From: Candidatus Bathyarchaeia archaeon | Lineage (GTDB): Archaea; Thermoproteota; Bathyarchaeia; TCS64 | Length of the DNA stretch: 64,000 nt | Direction of reading: 5' to 3' | Assembly: GCA_050014495.1 (NCBI GenBank) | Contig: JBEKDF010000002.1 | Span: 1 to 64,000 of the forward strand | In this document: positions 58,721 through 64,000 of the stretch, one piece after another | Position numbering within the stretch: position 1 is the first letter of the stretch | Layout: each line of letters starts with the position of its first letter | Translations under genes and position numbers: made by a program | Notes under the pieces: model-generated | Told to the model about the DNA's origin: nothing | Database searches by the model: none | The model's input: only the letters and a program-made list of their open reading frames with translations

Positions 58721-59569
58721 CTCCACGAACTTCTCGATCTCGGCTACGATACCGATGAAGGCCTTCGCTGCTGGACTGTTGGGGTTCTCAGAGACGAAGG
58801 GGGTCCCCGAGTCGGAGTTCTGAGCTATCTTGGGTTCGAGGGGGATGGAGCCGAGGAAAGGTACTCCCATCTCTGAGGCTACGCGCTCCGCCACGCCACT
58901 GCCAAAGAGGTCTATTCTCTTATTACAGTGAGGGCAGATGAGGTAACTCATGTTCTCGACTACACCTATCACGGGTGCCTTGAGCTGGCGGGCGAATGAG
59001 ATGGACTTCTCCACGACCTGGCCGCTCACCTCGTTGGGCATCGTGACTATGACGACGCCGTCGATTCCCGGTAGTAATTGGAGGACGGTTAGCGATTCGT
59101 CACCAGTCCCCGGTGGGAGGTCAATGAGGAGGTAGTCGAGTTCACCCCAATCAACGTCTGTGAGCAGCTGCCTTATGGCCACCATCTTGAGGGGGCCACG
59201 CCAGATTACGGGTGAGTCCTGGCTCGGGAGTAGGAAGTCCATCGAGGCGACCTTGATCCCGGATGGCGTCATCGGTGGGATTATGCCGTTCTCACCAGCC
59301 TCGAGATGCGCACCCTTGAGTCCCAGCATCTTAGGTACTGTGGGCCCGTGGAGGTCCGCGTCCAGAACACCAACCTTCTTCCCCTTTGCGGCGAGCGTCG
59401 TTGCGAGGTTGACCGTGACGAGGCTCTTCCCCACCCCGCCCTTCCCGCTCATAACCGCTACCTTGTGCCTGACCCTCTCCATACGCTCCCTGAGCTGCTT
59501 GAGCTCCTCCACGCGCCTAACGAAGGCTTCCGCTTCCTCAGACTTTCGAGCCTCATCAACCGCATCCAT
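58715..59569 (-). CDS. Mrp/NBP35 Fe-S cluster carrier ATPase
   Basis: SGKGGVGKS, WRGP, DLPPGTGD, ENMS..CPHC. Confidence 0.94.
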   Translation of the reverse strand: MDAVDEARKSEEAEAFVRRVEELKQLRERMERVRHKVAVMSGKGGVGKSLVTVNLATTLAAKGKKVGVLDADLHGPTVPKMLGLKGAHLEAGENGIIPPMTPSGIKVASMDFLLPSQDSPVIWRGPLKMVAIRQLLTDVDWGELDYLLIDLPPGTGDESLTVLQLLPGIDGVVIVTMPNEVSGQVVEKSISFARQLKAPVIGVVENMSYLICPHCNKRIDLFGSGVAERVASEMGVPFLGSIPLEPKIAQNSDSGTPFVSENPNSPAAKAFIGIVAEIEKFVEL

Positions 59570-59681
59570 CTAAGGGACCTAGTGAGGGTCACCCTGCAGG
59601 GTGTATAAACTCTACCCCGACTCGACATCTGAGCAATTAGTATTTTAACCTCCTCGACAGTCTCACTCCGAGTGGTCCCCC

Positions 59682-60209
59682 TTGATCGAGAGGCTGAAGC
59701 GTAGGCTTCGCGGCATAGAAGCGCTTGATGCGTGGGCTGCCGTTGCTATTCTGCTCAGGGAGGAAGAGGACGACTATGAGACCCTCCTCGTCAAGAGGGC
59801 GGTCGTACCTGGTGACCCGTGGTCAGGGGACATGGCATTCCCCGGGGGGAAGAAAGCGCCGCAGGATAGAACCCTCAGAGACACTGTCGTGCGGGAGGTC
59901 AGCGAAGAGACCAGCATAGACCTTGACTCACTCACCTACATAGGAGCGCTGCCAATCATTTTCTCCTCAATGAAGCCGGATAGGGATGTGCTCCCAATAG
60001 TCTACCTCTACAAGGGCAGGCCGGAGATCAGGCTCAACCTGGAGCTCACCGCCTACATGTGGATACACCTTAAGGATCTTAGGGCGAGCAGGACGACGGC
60101 GAAGGTGAAAGAGTGGGATGGCGAGGTCTTCAAACTGGGGGAGAATGTCGTCTGGGGGCTCACCTACAGAATGCTGGACAATCTCCTCAGCCTAATGGAT
60201 GAGGGCTAG
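59682..60209 (+). CDS. Nudix hydrolase, CoA pyrophosphatase type
   Basis: LLVKR...SGDMAFPGG, REVSEET, VWGLT. Confidence 0.88.
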   Translation: MIERLKRRLRGIEALDAWAAVAILLREEEDDYETLLVKRAVVPGDPWSGDMAFPGGKKAPQDRTLRDTVVREVSEETSIDLDSLTYIGALPIIFSSMKPDRDVLPIVYLYKGRPEIRLNLELTAYMWIHLKDLRASRTTAKVKEWDGEVFKLGENVVWGLTYRMLDNLLSLMDEG

Positions 60210-61075
60210 CCCAAGGCCTTCTTGAGTGCTTTAGCGACATCGACAGGTTGTTCGCCGATGGCTGCACTTGCTCCCCTTAAGGCGTTTATCTTGCTGTCAG
60301 CGGAACCTGTGGAGCCTTGGATTATCGCGCCTGCGTGGCCCATCCTCTTCCCGGGGACGGCGGCGCGCCCGGCGATGTATGCCGCGACAGGCTTTGTGAA
60401 GCCACCAGAGGCTATGAAGTCGGCAGCCTTTTCCTCAGCATTCCCCCCAATCTCCCCGATGAGGGCGACGCCCCTAGTCTCGGGGTCCCTCTCGAACCAT
60501 TTGAGGAGCTCTATGTAGTCGAGGCCAACGATGGGGTCGCCACCGAGGCCGACGCATGTGGACTCGCCGAGTCCCTGGTTGGTGACGTGGGCTGCTATCT
60601 CGTAGAAGAGCGTCCCGCTCCTACTGATTATACCGACCGAGCCAGCTTTGAAGACCTGGTTCGGCATTATCCCAATCTTCGACTCCCCCGCCTTTATGAG
60701 GCCGGGTGTGTTGGGGCCAACGACTGTTGTGCCAGTCTGCTTCGCCCTCGCTACGAGCTCGATAGTGTCTCGGACGGGTATCCCCTCGGTTATGACGACG
60801 ACGGGATCCATCCCCGCCTCCATAGCCTCTAGGGCTGCGTCGAGAGCGCCAGGGGCTGGGACGAATATTATCGATGCGTCGCAGCCGCTCCTCTCTTTTG
60901 CCTCGGCGACTGTGTCGTAGACCGGGGTTCCATCGACATCCTGGCCGCCACGTCCCGGGGTTACCCCTGCAAGGACCTTTGTGCCATACTCCCTCATTCT
61001 CGCGGTGTGGAATCTGCCCTGTGTACCGGTTATCCCCTGAACGACTACCTTCGTGTCCTTGTTGATGAGTTTCAT
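60206..61075 (-). CDS. sucD: Succinyl-CoA synthetase alpha subunit
   Basis: QGITG, GPNTPG, SRSGTL, GEIGG, MGHAGA. Confidence 0.96.
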   Translation of the reverse strand: MKLINKDTKVVVQGITGTQGRFHTARMREYGTKVLAGVTPGRGGQDVDGTPVYDTVAEAKERSGCDASIIFVPAPGALDAALEAMEAGMDPVVVITEGIPVRDTIELVARAKQTGTTVVGPNTPGLIKAGESKIGIMPNQVFKAGSVGIISRSGTLFYEIAAHVTNQGLGESTCVGLGGDPIVGLDYIELLKWFERDPETRGVALIGEIGGNAEEKAADFIASGGFTKPVAAYIAGRAAVPGKRMGHAGAIIQGSTGSADSKINALRGASAAIGEQPVDVAKALKKALG

Positions 61076-61077
61076 TT

Positions 61078-62220
61078 TTAGACTCCCCTCGCGAGTTTGA
61101 CGGCTTTTTGTGCCGCCTCCTCCATTGTGTCATCCGTCTCTATGCCTGCACTGTGGAGGAGTCTCTTTCCCTCTTCCTCGTTCGTGCCCATCATGCGGAC
61201 GATTACGGGTTTATTGTCGCCGAGTTCCTTCCTAGCTTTGATGATGCCTATGGCGGTGTCATCGCAGCGGGTGATGCCGCCGAGAACGTTTACGAATAGA
61301 GCCTTGACCCTGCTGTCTCTGAGGATGAATTCGACCGCTTTGCCTATGCGGTCGGGGCTCGCTCCCCCTCCGAGGTCGAGGAAGTCCCTCGCCCTCCCCC
61401 CGTAGAGCATGACGGTGTCGAGGGTCGCCATGGTGAGGCCGGCGCCGTTGCCGATGATGCCTATGTCGCCATTCATCTCGACGTATATGAGGTCCATGGC
61501 GCGGGCCTCCATCTCCCGGGGTGTAAGCTCCCCCTCGAAGCTCTCTAGAAACTTCGCTTCGAGCTCCTTATGTCTGTAGAGGGCGTTGTTGTCCACATTG
61601 AGGCGTGCGTCGGCAGCTATGAATCCCTCTGCCGTCTCGATGAGTGGATTGATCTCCGTGAGCTCTGCATCCATCTCGTAGGAGACCCTATTGAGCCGTT
61701 GGATGATGTCGGATAGTTGCTGCATCTTCTTTCCAGTGTAGCCGAGGCTCTTAGCGATTGAAATGGCGTGGTAGCTCCTCAGTCCAGTCAACGGGTCGAC
61801 GCTGTACCTGACTATCTTCTCCGGACTCTTCGCAGCGATGTCCTCAATGTTCATGCCCCCCTCGATGGAGGCGAGGACCGTGTAGCACTTCGCCGTCCTG
61901 TCAACGATGACGCCGAGGTAGACCTCATGCTGAATGGTGAGCCGCTCCTCGACGAGAACCTTTCGGACGGGGAGGTCCTTGATCCTCATGGCTAGTATCT
62001 GCCTAGCGGCCTCCTCCGCCTCAGCAGGGGTGTCGGCGGGTTTGATACCGCCCGCCTTCCCCCTGCCACCGACACCTACTTGGGCCTTAACGACGACAGG
62101 TTTGCCAATCATCATCGAGGCGTCCCTCGCCTCCTCCGGCTTCGCGGCGATGACGCTCAACCCGAGAGGTATCCCATATCGCCTGAAGACATCCTTGGCC
62201 TCGTACTCTAGGAGCTTCAA
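61078..62220 (-). CDS. sucC: Succinyl-CoA synthetase beta subunit
   Basis: EYEAK, KAQV..GGRGKAGG, EINPL, GNGAGL.MAT.D, DLGGG. Confidence 0.96.
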   Translation of the reverse strand: MKLLEYEAKDVFRRYGIPLGLSVIAAKPEEARDASMMIGKPVVVKAQVGVGGRGKAGGIKPADTPAEAEEAARQILAMRIKDLPVRKVLVEERLTIQHEVYLGVIVDRTAKCYTVLASIEGGMNIEDIAAKSPEKIVRYSVDPLTGLRSYHAISIAKSLGYTGKKMQQLSDIIQRLNRVSYEMDAELTEINPLIETAEGFIAADARLNVDNNALYRHKELEAKFLESFEGELTPREMEARAMDLIYVEMNGDIGIIGNGAGLTMATLDTVMLYGGRARDFLDLGGGASPDRIGKAVEFILRDSRVKALFVNVLGGITRCDDTAIGIIKARKELGDNKPVIVRMMGTNEEEGKRLLHSAGIETDDTMEEAAQKAVKLARGV

Positions 62221-62409
62221 CTAATCACCATCGATGGAGGATGTTATCCAGGTCGGGGTAGATAATTATTCTGGGTAGCTAAGACCTTATAGTCGACCGG
62301 AGTAAATGATTAAAGTTTTTAGCATTTTTCAAATAGATTCTTTACACGAGTACATAGGCAAAATTAATATTTGATGAGGGCAGTTTTCAGGCGGTTAGGT
62401 GAGTCGGAG

Positions 62410-62520
62410 TTGGCTACGGTCCCAACCCATTACGGTCAGACAGGATTCGCGATCGTCTACACGATAGCGCTTCTTGCTCTGCAGTCTCAGAAGGGGCTGA
62501 TGCTCTCCGTCTGGAAGTGA
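62410..62520 (+). CDS. Putative 36-aa small hydrophobic protein upstream of the mPPase
   Basis: TTG start after AGGTGA; MATVPTHYGQTGFAIVYTIALLALQSQKGLMLSVWK; ends 11 nt before the PPase ATG. Confidence 0.35.
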   Translation: MATVPTHYGQTGFAIVYTIALLALQSQKGLMLSVWK

Positions 62521-62531
62521 TGAATGTAAGA

Positions 62532-64000
62532 ATGGAATCAATCCTCATTACCCCCGGTATCAGCCTCTTCGAGCAAGTAGGTCTGATGGTCGTCGTTCTC
62601 ACGGGAATCGCAGCCCTATGCTACGCCTGGATCTTAGCCCGGAGGGTCCTCAAGGAGGACCCTGGGACTCCTAAGATGCAGGAGATCTCAAACTCCATCA
62701 GAGAGGGGGCTGTGGCTTACCTCAACAAGCAGATGTCCGTCGTCATACCCATCGCCATCATACTAGCCTTCGCGCTGTTCCTGACTGCCTACCTGGCTAA
62801 TTCGCCCTGGGATATCTCCATCGGGCGAGGCATCGCACTGCTCATGGGTGCCAGCTGCTCGCTGGCCATCGGGCAGATCGGCCTCAGGTACATTGGCACC
62901 CGAGCCAACGTGCGCGTCGCCCAGCAGGCTCGGAGGGGCTCCTTTAAGGACGCCCTTAGGGTGGCGTACCACGCTGGAACCATCGCGGGCATGCTCGCCG
63001 ATGGCCTTGGGCTGCTCGGCGGAACTACCATCTTCCTAATCTACGGGACCCACGCCCCCGAGGTCCTCCTTGGCTTCGGCTTTGGTGGCACTATCCTCGC
63101 GATGTTTATGCGTGTTGGTGGTGGCATCTATACGAAGGCTGCCGACGTGGGTGCTGACCTCGTCGGTAAGGTTGAGGCGGGCATCCCCGAGGACGACCCG
63201 CGGAACGCGGCGTCGATCGCTGATCTTGTCGGTGACAATGTCGGGGACTTTAGCGGGATGGCGGAGGACGTCTTCGAATCCTACGAGGTTACAATCGTTT
63301 CCGCCATGATCCTAGGCTTAGCAGTGATGCAGGTTGACCCTGCCCACAGCCTAAAGTGGATCGTCTTCCCGCTACTTGTCCGCGCCATTGGCGTCTTCAG
63401 CTCCATCATAGGTACCTACGCGGTCGCCATCTGGCCTGTGAAGGAGGACGCCTTCCGCGCCATGGACATAAGCTACGACCTATCCTCCGTGATTTCGATA
63501 GTGTCCTTCTTCTTGCTCTCCTGGTTCTACGCCCAAGACATTAGGCTATTCTCCGCAACGGCGACCGGTATACTCCTCGCCATCGCGTTTAACAAGTATA
63601 CTGGCGCCTTCACAGAGCGGGGTACTGCCGCAGTAAACGATATAGTCAACTCTGCGAAGACTGGGCCCGCCCTCGTAATCCTTAGTGGGCTCGCGATGGG
63701 TTACGAGAGCACAGTCTGGGCTCTTCTCATAATAGTCGTGTCGATAATACTATCCATCTCCATCTACTCCTTCACATTCCCCGCGGCGGCGATCACAACG
63801 ACGCTGTTGTTGACCGGCGTCCTCGCGCTTATTATCGGCTACATCCTAGCGAAGCGCTCCAAGAAGATCGAGTTGGGCGTCTTCGGGGCCGTCGCTATTG
63901 TTGTGCTTGGAATCATATTCACAAGCTTCAAGGTTCCTGACACAAGCGCTGTCCTCTTTATAACCTACTCTATCGCACTCAGCGGCATCGGAATGCTCTC
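62532..64000 (+). CDS. hppA: Membrane-integral ion-translocating pyrophosphatase (partial, runs off the window)
   Basis: GGGIYTKAADVGADLVGKVE, EDDPRN, DNVGD; open to the window end, so absent from the ORF track. Confidence 0.95.
   Translation, partial: MESILITPGISLFEQVGLMVVVLTGIAALCYAWILARRVLKEDPGTPKMQEISNSIREGAVAYLNKQMSVVIPIAIILAFALFLTAYLANSPWDISIGRGIALLMGASCSLAIGQIGLRYIGTRANVRVAQQARRGSFKDALRVAYHAGTIAGMLADGLGLLGGTTIFLIYGTHAPEVLLGFGFGGTILAMFMRVGGGIYTKAADVGADLVGKVEAGIPEDDPRNAASIADLVGDNVGDFSGMAEDVFESYEVTIVSAMILGLAVMQVDPAHSLKWIVFPLLVRAIGVFSSIIGTYAVAIWPVKEDAFRAMDISYDLSSVISIVSFFLLSWFYAQDIRLFSATATGILLAIAFNKYTGAFTERGTAAVNDIVNSAKTGPALVILSGLAMGYESTVWALLIIVVSIILSISIYSFTFPAAAITTTLLLTGVLALIIGYILAKRSKKIELGVFGAVAIVVLGIIFTSFKVPDTSAVLFITYSIALSGIGML

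Noticed and set aside
1..64000. Genome-wide TAG recoding
   Set aside because: Many genes (htpX, TPP enzyme, kynU, metG, sucD) end at TAG at their expected C-termini
1..64000. CRISPR array, tRNA, rRNA, IS element or integrase
   Set aside because: No repeat-spacer periodicity, cloverleaf or transposase motif seen by eye; a covariance search was not possible

Overview
Gene-dense archaeal chromosome segment. The archaeal aIF-1A/RIO1/Dim2/Top6B/Top6A cluster, archaeal-type TpiA and a eukaryote-like topoisomerase IB point to a TACK archaeon, most plausibly Bathyarchaeia (inference). About 66 intact CDS were identified. They include a two-subunit tungsten WOR/AOR-family oxidoreductase beside pyruvate kinase, two convergent xanthine-dehydrogenase-family operons with MocA, a TupABC tungstate transporter divergent from moaA-D-E-C-B-moeA, kynU, glpK, two P1B ATPases, NDP-sugar genes, metG, sucCD and a membrane pyrophosphatase cut by the window edge. 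No rRNA, tRNA, CRISPR array or transposase was recognised. The best candidate for an uncharacterised system is a translationally coupled trio at 37582-39966: APH-fold kinase, APS-kinase-fold kinase and IMPase-family phosphatase. Other notable signals: at least two genes with no possible ATG/GTG/TTG start (CTG initiation), an amber codon inside the conserved C-terminus of a DUF2000 gene, two frameshifts sharing one sequence context, an HMA-thioredoxin fusion, an mPPase with an extra two-TM insertion and a small upstream ORF, several gene remnants and palindromic operator candidates. All family calls come from motif recognition, not from database searches.
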